Source of the DNA: Bacteroidia bacterium
GTDB lineage: Bacteria > Bacteroidota > Bacteroidia > AKYH767-A > OLB10
Direction: 5' to 3'
DNA: 64,000 bases
Assembly (NCBI GenBank): GCA_044230205.1
Contig: JBGARN010000007.1
Location: forward strand, 3,020 to 67,019
Shown: in pieces, positions 10,152-19,882 of the stretch
Numbering within the stretch: the stretch's first letter is position 1
Layout: the number at the start of each line of letters is the position of its first letter
The notes under the pieces: generated by a model
What the model was told of the DNA's origin: nothing
The model's input: only the letters and a program-made list of their open reading frames with translations
Databases searched by the model: none
Translations under genes and position numbers: made by a program

Positions 10152-11432
10152 TCAGTACCTGTATTTTTCTTTCCACCAGTTTTTCAGTGAATTCCTGATT
10201 TCTGTTTCGCGCTGATTATTTCCGGGTTCGTAAATTTTTGTTCCGCTTATTTTTTCCGGTAGTAATTCCTGTTCAATAAAGTTGCCGGTGTATTCATGTG
10301 CATAACGATAATCCTGCCCGTATTTTAACTGCTTCATTAATTGTGTCGGGGCATTTCGTAAATGTAATGGAACTGGCAGGTTACCTGTTTGTCTTACTAA
10401 TTGCTTTGCAGCCTGAATTGCTGTATAAGCTGAATTACTTTTAGCTGATGTAGACAGGTAAATTACTGTTTGAGATAAAATTAAATCGCATTCAGGATAT
10501 CCGATCATGGTAACAGCCTGGAAGCAGCTCGTTGCCAGCAATAACGCATTAGGGTTAGCATTGCCAATGTCTTCGCTTGCAAGTATGAGCATTCTGCGGG
10601 CAATGAATTTTGGGTCTTCACCACCTTCTATCATTCGGGCGAGATAATACAATGCAGCATTAGGATCGCTGCCTCTCATGCTTTTTATAAATGCCGAAAT
10701 AATGTCATAATGCATTTCGCCACTCTTATCATATATGGCCATTTTTTGTTGAATTACTTCTTCAACAATTGCATTTGAAATAATTATTTTGGATGATTCC
10801 GAGGTTTTTTCTGATAGCGTTTGAACAACCAGGTCAAGCACATTTAATAATTTACGGGCATCACCACCGGAATATTTTAGCAGCGCCTCTTTTTCATTAA
10901 TTTCAATATTTAATTTCGATAATAGATTATCTTTTTTCAATGCGTTTTCAATCAGCTGCTCAAGTTCATTTCGGTCAAGTGAATTCAATACATAAACCTG
11001 GCATCGTGAGAGTAAAGCTGATATAACTTCAAATGATGGATTTTCTGTTGTTGCACCTATTAATATAATCGTACCGCGTTCTACTGCTCCCAGCAAAGCA
11101 TCTTGCTGTGCTTTATTAAATCGATGTATTTCATCTATGAATAATATAGCCTTGCCATTTAGCGTAGATTCTTCAATTACCTTTCTCACTTCTTTTACTC
11201 CTGAGTCAATTGCGCTGAGCTGAAAAAAAGGAAGTGAAATTTTACTTGCTATAAATCTCGCCAGCGAAGTTTTACCTACTCCGGGCGGCCCCCAAAAAAT
11301 CATGGAAGGAATATTGCCCGATAGTAATATGCGGTTTAGTACTTTTCCTTCGCCAAGCAAATGTTGCTGGCCGATAAAATCATCCAGGCTTACTGGTCGC
11401 ATACGTTCTGGTAATGGCATTGATAAATTCAT
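10152..11432 (-). CDS. rarA: Replication-associated recombination protein A (AAA ATPase, MgsA/RarA)
   Basis: LPERMRP..LDDFIGQQHLLGEG, Walker A GPPGVGKTS, IDEIHRFNK, SGGDAR and the MgsA C-terminal HLRNAPT motif. Confidence 0.9.
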   Translation of the reverse strand: MNLSMPLPERMRPVSLDDFIGQQHLLGEGKVLNRILLSGNIPSMIFWGPPGVGKTSLARFIASKISLPFFQLSAIDSGVKEVRKVIEESTLNGKAILFIDEIHRFNKAQQDALLGAVERGTIILIGATTENPSFEVISALLSRCQVYVLNSLDRNELEQLIENALKKDNLLSKLNIEINEKEALLKYSGGDARKLLNVLDLVVQTLSEKTSESSKIIISNAIVEEVIQQKMAIYDKSGEMHYDIISAFIKSMRGSDPNAALYYLARMIEGGEDPKFIARRMLILASEDIGNANPNALLLATSCFQAVTMIGYPECDLILSQTVIYLSTSAKSNSAYTAIQAAKQLVRQTGNLPVPLHLRNAPTQLMKQLKYGQDYRYAHEYTGNFIEQELLPEKISGTKIYEPGNNQRETEIRNSLKNWWKEKYRY

Positions 11433-11514
11433 TGTTTTGGTAATTAAATCAAAGATTAAAATTGTAGAGATTTTGAAGCTGATACTTTGTAGATTTATAA
11501 CTTAATTTATTTAA

Positions 11515-12525
11515 ATGATACGTAGTTATAAATACCTGTTAAGTTTAACTACTGCAATAGTAGTAATAGCAGGTAATTTATTGGGTAGCTGGTGGGTTGC
11601 AGGCAACCTTGTTTTTTCATTAGGCATTCTTGCAATGCTCGAAAGGTTTGTCAAGCCTAATTATGATAATCGTTTTGATAGCGATGAATTTCTTCCTGAC
11701 ACCATTTTATTTTTACACGTGCTTATGCAGGTACTTTGTTTGAGCAGTTTATTTTATTCAATTGTTTGCAATCAGCTTTCAATTGCACAGTTAATAATTG
11801 CAGCCATTTCAACAGGCATAAATTCAGGAAGCAGTGCAATTGTCATTGCCCATGAATTAATCCATCGTAAAAATGAATGGTATCAATGGGCAGGTAAGTT
11901 CTTATTATTTACAGCCGGCAACGTTTACTTTTATATAGATCATTTAAGAGTACATCATAAATGGGTGGGTACAGATAAAGACCCTGCAACATCAAGATAT
12001 GGTGAAAGCTTATATCAATTTTATTTCCGTACAACAGCCGGCCAGTTTAAGAGTGCACTAAGTAATGATGCTGAGCGACTAAAAAAACAAAATTTAATGC
12101 CATATGGCTTTAACAACTATGTGGTTGCTTCATGCTTCATGTTAGTGGTTTTAATGGCTGCACTATTTTACTTATTGGGAGTAAAAGTTGTTGCAGCTTT
12201 TATTATACAGGCCATGATTGCAAATTTTTTACTGGAATACACCAACTATATTGAGCATTATGGTTTAACCAGGGGAGAAGGAGAACGTGTTGCTGAATTT
12301 CATAGCTGGCAAAGTGATAAAGTTATTTCGCGGTATTTTTTAATTGATCTTTCACGTCATGCTGACCATCATTATTTTTCTTCGAAACCGTATCATACTT
12401 TAAAAAGTTATGAGAATGCACCGGTTTTACCGGGAGGATATGTAGAAATGATTTATTATGCATTAATACCTCCATTATGGTTTAAGACTATTCATCCTAT
12501 TTTAAATAAAAATAAGCAGACCTAA
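11515..12525 (+). CDS. alkB: AlkB-type integral membrane alkane 1-monooxygenase / fatty-acid-desaturase family
   Basis: Four diagnostic His boxes: HELIHR, HLRVHHKW, NYIEHYGL, LSRHADHHY. Multiple TM helices. Confidence 0.75.
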   Translation: MIRSYKYLLSLTTAIVVIAGNLLGSWWVAGNLVFSLGILAMLERFVKPNYDNRFDSDEFLPDTILFLHVLMQVLCLSSLFYSIVCNQLSIAQLIIAAISTGINSGSSAIVIAHELIHRKNEWYQWAGKFLLFTAGNVYFYIDHLRVHHKWVGTDKDPATSRYGESLYQFYFRTTAGQFKSALSNDAERLKKQNLMPYGFNNYVVASCFMLVVLMAALFYLLGVKVVAAFIIQAMIANFLLEYTNYIEHYGLTRGEGERVAEFHSWQSDKVISRYFLIDLSRHADHHYFSSKPYHTLKSYENAPVLPGGYVEMIYYALIPPLWFKTIHPILNKNKQT

Positions 12526-12660
12526 CTTTGTATACTAAAGTTTAAATTGTAAAGAGTTCCATTGCTTTAATTTATTAGAAACCATTTCAGACATTTTCGC
12601 ACCATTTCATGTAGTAGGATAAATTTTATCAACAATATTTTGGCGAAATATTAAAAAAAT

Positions 12661-12691
12661 TTGGCGAATGACTTTTTTTGAATTAAATTTG
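12661..12691 (+). promoter_or_regulatory. Candidate Bacteroidota promoter (TTG-N20-TAAATTTG)
   Basis: TTG at 12661-12663, 20-nt spacer, TAAATTTG at 12684-12691, 40 nt upstream of the 12731 start. Confidence 0.35.
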
Positions 12692-12730
12692 TAATCGATA
12701 ATCTAAATCACTTTTTATCCCCCTAATCCT

Positions 12731-15700
12731 ATGCAGCAGCTTTTTAAGTGCCTGTTAGCGACATTTTTAACGCTAATACTAACAGGAAATTCAATTATTA
12801 ATGCACAAGTCACAGTTTATCTTGGTAAACAATCAATAGTACCCGAAGACTATTTCGGGTATAATGGATCATCAGTAATTAATGCAGATGGTCCTGCTTA
12901 TGACACACAATGGTTTATGGATTCATTAACTAATTTGAGTCCATCAGTTGTAAGGTATCCGGCTGGTTTAATTGGTAATTATTGGGACTGGCAAATCGGT
13001 CACTTTATTAAAGACCTTCCGCAAAATACAGTATTACCTAAATATTTTTATAACCTCGATACCCGTAACCTGGACCTATATACGTTAAAAAATCTTTGTG
13101 AACGAGTTGGCGTAAACCCGATTATTAATTTAAACCTGTTAACGAGTGATCATTTCTATCAAACAGCAGGCTTAATGTTTGCCAACAGTATTAACCTTCC
13201 GGTTAAATATGTTGAATTCGGTAATGAGTTTTATCTGGATTATAAAGCAAATGAAAATGCATTTCCAACTGCTGAAAGTTATATTCAAACTGCCAATTAC
13301 TGGGCCGATTACATAAAAAGCCGACCTGGTTTTTCAGGTCAGAAAATTGCTGTTGTAGGCAGTATTGATAATTATCCCGAAGAGCCTCGCATAAGCAGAC
13401 GAAACAGGTGGAATACAGTAGTTGCATCAAATGCAAATTCAAATATTGATGCTGTTGCTTTGCACTGGTATCTATCCACATCGCTCGGAAACCTGGCTGT
13501 TAATAATCAGACAGCGCCTTTGGTTTTAGCCAATACTTTTTCAGGCTACCAGAATCTTAAAGATGAATTAAATGAAATACGTAATGCCGGCAAAGAAGCC
13601 TGGTTTACTGAGTTTAACCTTTACGATAAGGGTCATTGCCTCCATCAGCATTTTATACATGGATTATTTACTTCAGCAATGGCGCTTACTTTGTTGCAGG
13701 ATCCGGTTGTAAAGCATATCGATTGCCATGATATTGTAGGGAGTTCCAATAAATCTTCCATTTTCAATGATTCACTGGGTCTCGATCTTTCTGGATATAC
13801 AAATGATGGTGTTAATTGTACTCCGTATCCTGTGCCTGCCTCAAATCCCCGTGAACTTACTTCGCAGGGCAATTGTTTGGTATTGCTAGCAAAAGCAATT
13901 CAAAATGCAAAAACCAAACGGCAACTTGCTTTTACAGGAGGCCCTAAACTACCAGGTGGTTATGAAGCTCTTTTTGGATATCAGTTTGACGGGCCAATAA
14001 GCACAGAAATGATTATTCTAAACCTGGATAGTACTGATCAAACAATTAATATCCCATCGGCTACATGGAATTTAGCCCAGGGAAAATACATAAGCGTTTA
14101 TCCGGGACCAGGTGGTGTACTTGATTTAATAAAAGGCACAGCAAAATTAAACCCGGGACAAATGGAATGTTCAACTACAGGGTATTTATCTGCAGCCCAA
14201 ACAATGACTTTAAAGGCCTATTCAATAACAAGAATTTTTGTTTCAAAAAATGCCATACGAGCCAAAGCCACTGATAATGCAATTTGCAGTGGCACAACAA
14301 CTTCAGTTCATGTAAAAGGAGGTACCAATTATCAATGGAGCGGAACAAATCTTACCGAAATAAAAAGTGATAAATCAGTGATGCGTTTTACAGCCCCGAT
14401 TGTAAGTTCTCCAACTAATTTTGTTTGTACAGTAACCGGGCAAGGCGGTGTGAAAGACAGTGTTACTATCCTGGTAAATCCTTTGCCTGTTGTTACAGCG
14501 CATGCAGATATTGATCATGTATGTAAAGGATCACAAATTAAATTATATGCTACCGTTAACGGTGCAAATTCAAATAATGTAGAAGTAATCTGGACCCCAA
14601 CATCAAGTCTGGTAAACCCCGATGCTGATACGGTTTATGCGTATCCGTATGCAAATACAACTTACCTCTGTTATGCAACTGATGGAGTCTGCTGGGCCAG
14701 GTATGATTCAGTTAATGTATCTGTTACACCGCATGCTGATGCCGGCCCTGACTATACGTTATGCGATGATAGCTTGCCATATACGCTCACCGCCCAAAAT
14801 ATTGATCCGTTATTGACTTATGAATGGTATAAAAACGGGATTCTTGTCGGAACTGGTTCTTCAGTAGCTGTTAGCCCTTCATCTGCAACAACCTATACTT
14901 TAAAAGTTACTACAGCTAATAGTAATGGTTGTGTTGACAGCGACCAGGTTACAATTACGCCTTATACATGTTGTCCTTCAGCAGATTATCCAACTCAACT
15001 GACATTTTTGCCCGGGCAAAAACTCAAAACTGATCTGATACCACGGTTAAAAGCTTTTTGTGCTGCTAATCCGGGCCATGGTTATTGCAGTAATGACACA
15101 CTGCGAGATTTTCCTGATGAAATTATGTTTAATGGCGACTTTTACGCTGATGCGAATTTTACATTCATTAATTGCGAAAAACTAAAATTCGGAGAAAAGG
15201 CACGCATTCGTTTTTCTAATAATGTGGCTAAATGCAAATTCGTAAAGTGTAAGCTGAATGCCGAAAACTGTTCCAATAAAATGTGGGGTGGGTTTTTCAT
15301 GGATGATTTTAATTCACGTCTAACAATTGACAGTTGTACAATTACTAATGCGGAAATTGTTGTAGAAGGCCAGCGCGACCCTGAAATTTTTATTACCAAC
15401 ACCCGATTCGACCGTTGTTATATGGGCGTTTATCTACATGATAATGAGCAGCCCTTTGATGGAAAATTTTATGGGGATACCATGAGCTTTTCAGGAAGCC
15501 TTAAAGCACCATATTCAGGTATGAAACCATTATGCGCATTTAAACTTGATAATAGTCCTTCAGTAGTTATTGGCGATAGCACAAAGCCTCAAAACTATTT
15601 TAATAATTTACAATATGGTTTTATGGCCATTAATTCAGACATAACCTGTTATAATAACAAGTTTGAAAACATTTTGCAGTCAGACTCAACCGATGGTATG

Positions 15701-17665
15701 AATGGTACTGCAATTTATATGATCAATCCATTTGGCTATGGTAATATAAATGACCCGACTCAATTATGGCCTGAGTATGCGCTAAGTGCCGGTGCTGATA
15801 GCACTGCATATCCTAACCGGTTTGTGAATTGCAAAAATGGTATTTACATTGAAAATGGTGATGTAAATATCAGAGGTAATGTTTTTACAGGGACTAAAAA
15901 AGCGATCAGCCTGGTTGGATGTATGGAAAAGCAAATTGATGTTCGTTACAATAACATCACAGGAGCTAATACCGGATTTGATGCGCTTGAATGTAAATAC
16001 AGTGATATAAACATTTATAATAATGACATAACAACCAATAATCAAATCAGTGGGATTGATGCTACTCCTGCCATTCGAATTGCAGATGTAAATGGAGAAT
16101 ACAGCACGCCTACATTCAGAACAAATGTTATCCACAGTGGTGGAACACACGGAATCTGGATACAGAATAATCATAAGATTACCCTTGTTGATAATCTTGT
16201 TTATATGGATAACCCCAATACATCATTTGCAACATATGGTTTCCGTATTGAAAATGTTGATTCGCTTCGAACTAAATGTAATCTTGCAAAAGCCAGTTCA
16301 ACTGCATCTGTTGCCAATAAAACAGGTATGTCATTTTCATTTTGTCCATATAATAACATGGATTGTAATACACTTGACAATGCTGCAACCGGTGTAGAAT
16401 ACCTGGCTAACTGTAACAACTCCATTATACGTAACAATGATTTCCGCTATCTGGACGATGGAATGGTAATAGGTGGAGTAGGGCTTACTGAAGGTGTTAT
16501 CGGCCCGCAGCCGGTAAACCCGCTGTCAAAACCTAATAACAATAAATTCTATGGTCAGTATATAGAATCGGTTTCTGGTTCAGGTAAGTATAAAGGACAT
16601 TTTGGTCATGCCGCAACATATGCTGTTAACTCCCAGTGTTCAGGTACAAAAGGCAGCAGTAAACAGTTTTTTATTTTTAAAGGCGATTCAATAAATATTC
16701 CATATCCTAATCTTTCATCAGGAGGTATTGCTTCTGCTTTAACTCCATATTACCAGGTTAAACCAGGGTCTGCATGTATAGTTAGCTGTAATCAGCCTAA
16801 TCCAAACAAGCCTGTATTATTTTCAGGAAACTTCATAAAGAATGATGAGGTTGAAGAAGAAAATTTAATCCATCCCGAATTGATTATTTCCGATGTGATT
16901 CCTTCAGTAAAAGAAGCTGCTACTTTGTATAACCTGCAATCAGATTTGTACAGCAGACTTAAGAATGATGAAAGCTTGCTGGCTGGTAATGCCGATTTAC
17001 AAAGTACATACGAGGAATTACGTAACAGTAACATCGCCCGCTTTGATAACATAGAATCGCAAATTAAATTGCTTAATCAGCGTGAAAAGAACATCGATAA
17101 TTTTAAAACAAAGCTTGAAGAATTATCACAACTCAATGATGAAATAATTGCCACCAACGTAGTTGAAAAAGCAGAAAAGCAATACAATGCCATTTACTTC
17201 CGGTCGCTAAAAGCAAATGGAAAATTGTCTGAAAATGACTTAAGGATGTTAAAGCGCATAGCACACCAATGTCCTTACATAGCTGGAACTGCTGTATTTA
17301 AAGCGCGTTCATTATATATGCGCTACGAGCCAAGCCTGAATTATAACGACAATCAATTATGTACAGGTAAATATCAAATGAGTGAGCAAGAAGTAATGCA
17401 GGCAAAATCTCAACAATTAAACGTACAGTTATATCCTAATCCCGGCAACGGCTACTTTAATATTAATTACGATTTATCAGGATTTACGAAAGGCTCAATT
17501 GTTTTTTACAATGTTTTAGGAAATAAAGTTTACGAAACCCAATTAAATACCGAAACTGACAGGGGCGCACTTCAGTTAAGCGAACTTGCCAAAGGTGTTT
17601 ACAGTTATACAGTATTTGGTAATTCAAATCCTGTTGCCAAAGGAAAAATCACAATAATTAAATAA
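12731..17665 (+). CDS. Giant secreted multidomain protein: clan GH-A-like TIM-barrel glycosidase domain, Cys-rich Ig-like repeats, right-handed beta-helix region, coiled coil, T9SS CTD
   Basis: Signal peptide. VRYPAGLIGNYWDW, FGNEFY and EAWFTEFN match acid/base and nucleophile Glu contexts of clan A glycosidases. Repeated ICxG...W..T Ig-like modules. NxxIxxN beta-helix repeats. C-terminal LYPNPGNGYFNINY...GVYSYTVFG...KITIIK. Confidence 0.7.
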   Translation: MQQLFKCLLATFLTLILTGNSIINAQVTVYLGKQSIVPEDYFGYNGSSVINADGPAYDTQWFMDSLTNLSPSVVRYPAGLIGNYWDWQIGHFIKDLPQNTVLPKYFYNLDTRNLDLYTLKNLCERVGVNPIINLNLLTSDHFYQTAGLMFANSINLPVKYVEFGNEFYLDYKANENAFPTAESYIQTANYWADYIKSRPGFSGQKIAVVGSIDNYPEEPRISRRNRWNTVVASNANSNIDAVALHWYLSTSLGNLAVNNQTAPLVLANTFSGYQNLKDELNEIRNAGKEAWFTEFNLYDKGHCLHQHFIHGLFTSAMALTLLQDPVVKHIDCHDIVGSSNKSSIFNDSLGLDLSGYTNDGVNCTPYPVPASNPRELTSQGNCLVLLAKAIQNAKTKRQLAFTGGPKLPGGYEALFGYQFDGPISTEMIILNLDSTDQTINIPSATWNLAQGKYISVYPGPGGVLDLIKGTAKLNPGQMECSTTGYLSAAQTMTLKAYSITRIFVSKNAIRAKATDNAICSGTTTSVHVKGGTNYQWSGTNLTEIKSDKSVMRFTAPIVSSPTNFVCTVTGQGGVKDSVTILVNPLPVVTAHADIDHVCKGSQIKLYATVNGANSNNVEVIWTPTSSLVNPDADTVYAYPYANTTYLCYATDGVCWARYDSVNVSVTPHADAGPDYTLCDDSLPYTLTAQNIDPLLTYEWYKNGILVGTGSSVAVSPSSATTYTLKVTTANSNGCVDSDQVTITPYTCCPSADYPTQLTFLPGQKLKTDLIPRLKAFCAANPGHGYCSNDTLRDFPDEIMFNGDFYADANFTFINCEKLKFGEKARIRFSNNVAKCKFVKCKLNAENCSNKMWGGFFMDDFNSRLTIDSCTITNAEIVVEGQRDPEIFITNTRFDRCYMGVYLHDNEQPFDGKFYGDTMSFSGSLKAPYSGMKPLCAFKLDNSPSVVIGDSTKPQNYFNNLQYGFMAINSDITCYNNKFENILQSDSTDGMNGTAIYMINPFGYGNINDPTQLWPEYALSAGADSTAYPNRFVNCKNGIYIENGDVNIRGNVFTGTKKAISLVGCMEKQIDVRYNNITGANTGFDALECKYSDINIYNNDITTNNQISGIDATPAIRIADVNGEYSTPTFRTNVIHSGGTHGIWIQNNHKITLVDNLVYMDNPNTSFATYGFRIENVDSLRTKCNLAKASSTASVANKTGMSFSFCPYNNMDCNTLDNAATGVEYLANCNNSIIRNNDFRYLDDGMVIGGVGLTEGVIGPQPVNPLSKPNNNKFYGQYIESVSGSGKYKGHFGHAATYAVNSQCSGTKGSSKQFFIFKGDSINIPYPNLSSGGIASALTPYYQVKPGSACIVSCNQPNPNKPVLFSGNFIKNDEVEEENLIHPELIISDVIPSVKEAATLYNLQSDLYSRLKNDESLLAGNADLQSTYEELRNSNIARFDNIESQIKLLNQREKNIDNFKTKLEELSQLNDEIIATNVVEKAEKQYNAIYFRSLKANGKLSENDLRMLKRIAHQCPYIAGTAVFKARSLYMRYEPSLNYNDNQLCTGKYQMSEQEVMQAKSQQLNVQLYPNPGNGYFNINYDLSGFTKGSIVFYNVLGNKVYETQLNTETDRGALQLSELAKGVYSYTVFGNSNPVAKGKITIIK

Positions 17666-17731
17666 GAAATACTTACCCCTAGTAAAAATTAGCTGCGTTT
17701 AGTTTTTAGTTTTCCTTTTTTCAATTGTTGC

Positions 17732-17764
17732 AAAAATGCCTGCGAAAGCAGGCATTTTTGTTTT
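17732..17764 (+). terminator. Rho-independent terminator after the 1644-aa gene
   Basis: AAAAATGCCTGC-GAAA-GCAGGCATTTTT perfect hairpin followed by GTTTT. Confidence 0.8.
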
Positions 17765-17961
17765 ACCATTATTTAAACCAGCAAAGGTGTAAGCACATAT
17801 GAATGCTAAATTAACTTTTAAAGTTAAATTACCCTGTATTGTAGCTAGTTCACCAAATTCTTAGATGAATTATTTAAATAAAAGAACCTCATTTTGTATA
17901 ATTGTAATAACGTTTAATAAACGATAAGTTTCTAAACGACCTTATTTCTGACATTTATACT

Positions 17962-19596
17962 ATGAAAAAATTTAGCCTTATTTTAATGCTTGCCCTATTT
18001 ACGTTCAGTTCTAATGCTGAATATAAAGGATGGGAGTATGTTTATTGCAACTCGCTTGCTGGTCAAAAGTTTGCCAATGTATTTGGAGTGGAGTGTGTGC
18101 TGGATAGCAGTGGATATATTTATGAACTTGGAATTGCAGACTATGTACATGACAGCTATACTGATTATGACATTGTATTAGCCAAATTCGACTCTACAGG
18201 AGCTATTCTTGGTGATTTAATCATTAAAAGAAATGCAAACAGCAGTGATGTGCCGATTGCAATGCGTATTAACAAGGAGACAGGAAGAATTTATGTTTTG
18301 TCCAATTGTACACCTAAGGACAGTGATTCATTTGCAATCGTGTATTGCTTTGATACTTTTTTCAATCTCCTTTGGACCAATGAGTATAAAATAGCTACTG
18401 GAAATAACCTACATGCAAATGATTTGGCTATTGATGCATCAGGTAGTATAATCTTTACGGGTAACTATTCAACAGCAACACAGGGAAAGAATATTTTTAT
18501 TCGTAAGATCAATTCTGCAGGTGGTAGTCCCAAAAATAAAATTTACAACAATAGTAATGCATTAACTGATGAGGAAGCATTCAGAATAGTTTGCAATGCC
18601 GATACCTCATTTTTTATTTTAGGTTACCAGGTTAAGCCTAATAAGGGAAAAGAATTCCTGCTTATTAAGTACAATAAGGCATATCAAAAGGTATTCCAGG
18701 CGCCTTTTAATTTAAACATTAATGCTGTTAACGATGATTTTCCAGAAGACTTGGTAGTTAGTCCCACGGGTGATATTTATGTTACCGGAAGAACTTTTAT
18801 TAATACGGGTTTTCAGGCTGTTACTGTTAAATATAATAGTGCCGGAGTTAAGCAGTGGGCCAATGTTTATGCTCCATCCACAACAGGCAACCAACTGATA
18901 TTTTCAGAGGGCATGATATACGTTTCGTGTGATAGCTTTAATGTAATTGGTTACAATGAAGCCGGGCAACTATTAAAAGTGATGACCTCTAACGGAGTAG
19001 CTATTCACGATTTTAAGCTTGACGTGAACAAACAATTACTTGCTGCCGGAAAAACGGATACCACTTACCTGGGTGTAGACAGTTATCAGGGTTATATGAC
19101 AAGGTGGGATACTGCAGGTAATCAGCAATACGAAAAGATGTTGCCGGCCTTTTATCATAACGGAATTGGCTATGCAAGTGAATATTTTAAAATTGTACCG
19201 ATACAAAAGGGATGGTATATAGTTGGTAAACGCTATAATTTTAATGCAACGCGCAGAGGTTATTGCATGAAACTTCAGATTTATACCTATCAACCGCTGC
19301 GAATCGCAGAGAGCGAGCAACAGGAAATTACTTTAAGCGCATTTCCTAATCCTGCTTCAACACAGGTGAAAATTCAAATGAATACAGGGAATGCAACAAA
19401 AGCTGAATTAACGGTTTTTGATCTTTCCGGAAGATGCATCAAAACTTTCATGATTGATAATGTTCAGCAACCTTCAAGTGAGTTACTCTGGAACCTTACT
19501 GATGAAAATGGAAATCAGGCAGGCAATGGGGTTTACCTTGTAAAACTTAAAACTGATAGTGATTTAAAAACAATTAAAATTCTGGTTAACCGATAA
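17962..19596 (+). CDS. Secreted SBBP-like beta-propeller repeat protein with T9SS CTD
   Basis: Signal peptide MKKFSLILMLALFTFSSNA. Repeated D..G.IY.TG-type motifs. C-terminal LSAFPNPASTQVKIQM...GVYLVKLKTDSDLKTIKILVNR. Confidence 0.75.
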   Translation: MKKFSLILMLALFTFSSNAEYKGWEYVYCNSLAGQKFANVFGVECVLDSSGYIYELGIADYVHDSYTDYDIVLAKFDSTGAILGDLIIKRNANSSDVPIAMRINKETGRIYVLSNCTPKDSDSFAIVYCFDTFFNLLWTNEYKIATGNNLHANDLAIDASGSIIFTGNYSTATQGKNIFIRKINSAGGSPKNKIYNNSNALTDEEAFRIVCNADTSFFILGYQVKPNKGKEFLLIKYNKAYQKVFQAPFNLNINAVNDDFPEDLVVSPTGDIYVTGRTFINTGFQAVTVKYNSAGVKQWANVYAPSTTGNQLIFSEGMIYVSCDSFNVIGYNEAGQLLKVMTSNGVAIHDFKLDVNKQLLAAGKTDTTYLGVDSYQGYMTRWDTAGNQQYEKMLPAFYHNGIGYASEYFKIVPIQKGWYIVGKRYNFNATRRGYCMKLQIYTYQPLRIAESEQQEITLSAFPNPASTQVKIQMNTGNATKAELTVFDLSGRCIKTFMIDNVQQPSSELLWNLTDENGNQAGNGVYLVKLKTDSDLKTIKILVNR

Positions 19597-19627
19597 TAAT
19601 ATCCTGGAATAACTGTTACCTAGGCAG

Positions 19628-19658
19628 CCTGTTATGAATTTCGTAACAGGTTTTTTTT
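19628..19658 (+). terminator. Rho-independent terminator
   Basis: CCTGTTA-N9-TAACAGG followed by T8. Confidence 0.75.
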
Positions 19659-19882
19659 ATTTAATACGATGCATTAGTACATCCGGAACCGATGAAAAAA
19701 CAATCCCGAAATCTTTTTTCTAACAAAACGAAACACTTTTAAACAATAGCAGTAAAGTTGAATTTAGAATCGATAAATTTGAACTCCTTTTGTTAGGCCT
19801 TTGTGCTCTTCTTCACTCATAGCTGATTATTTTTACATCAGGTTGTATTCACTACTACAAAACAAATTTATCCTTCAATTAA

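Noticed and set aside
12630-12675. Duplicated TTTGGCGAA motif upstream of the giant gene (also near 31914), and TTGGCACG at 35018, as possible sigma-54 promoters for the nearby activator
   Set aside because: None has a TTGC element at the required spacing after the GG. They do not fit the TGGCAC-N5-TTGC consensus.
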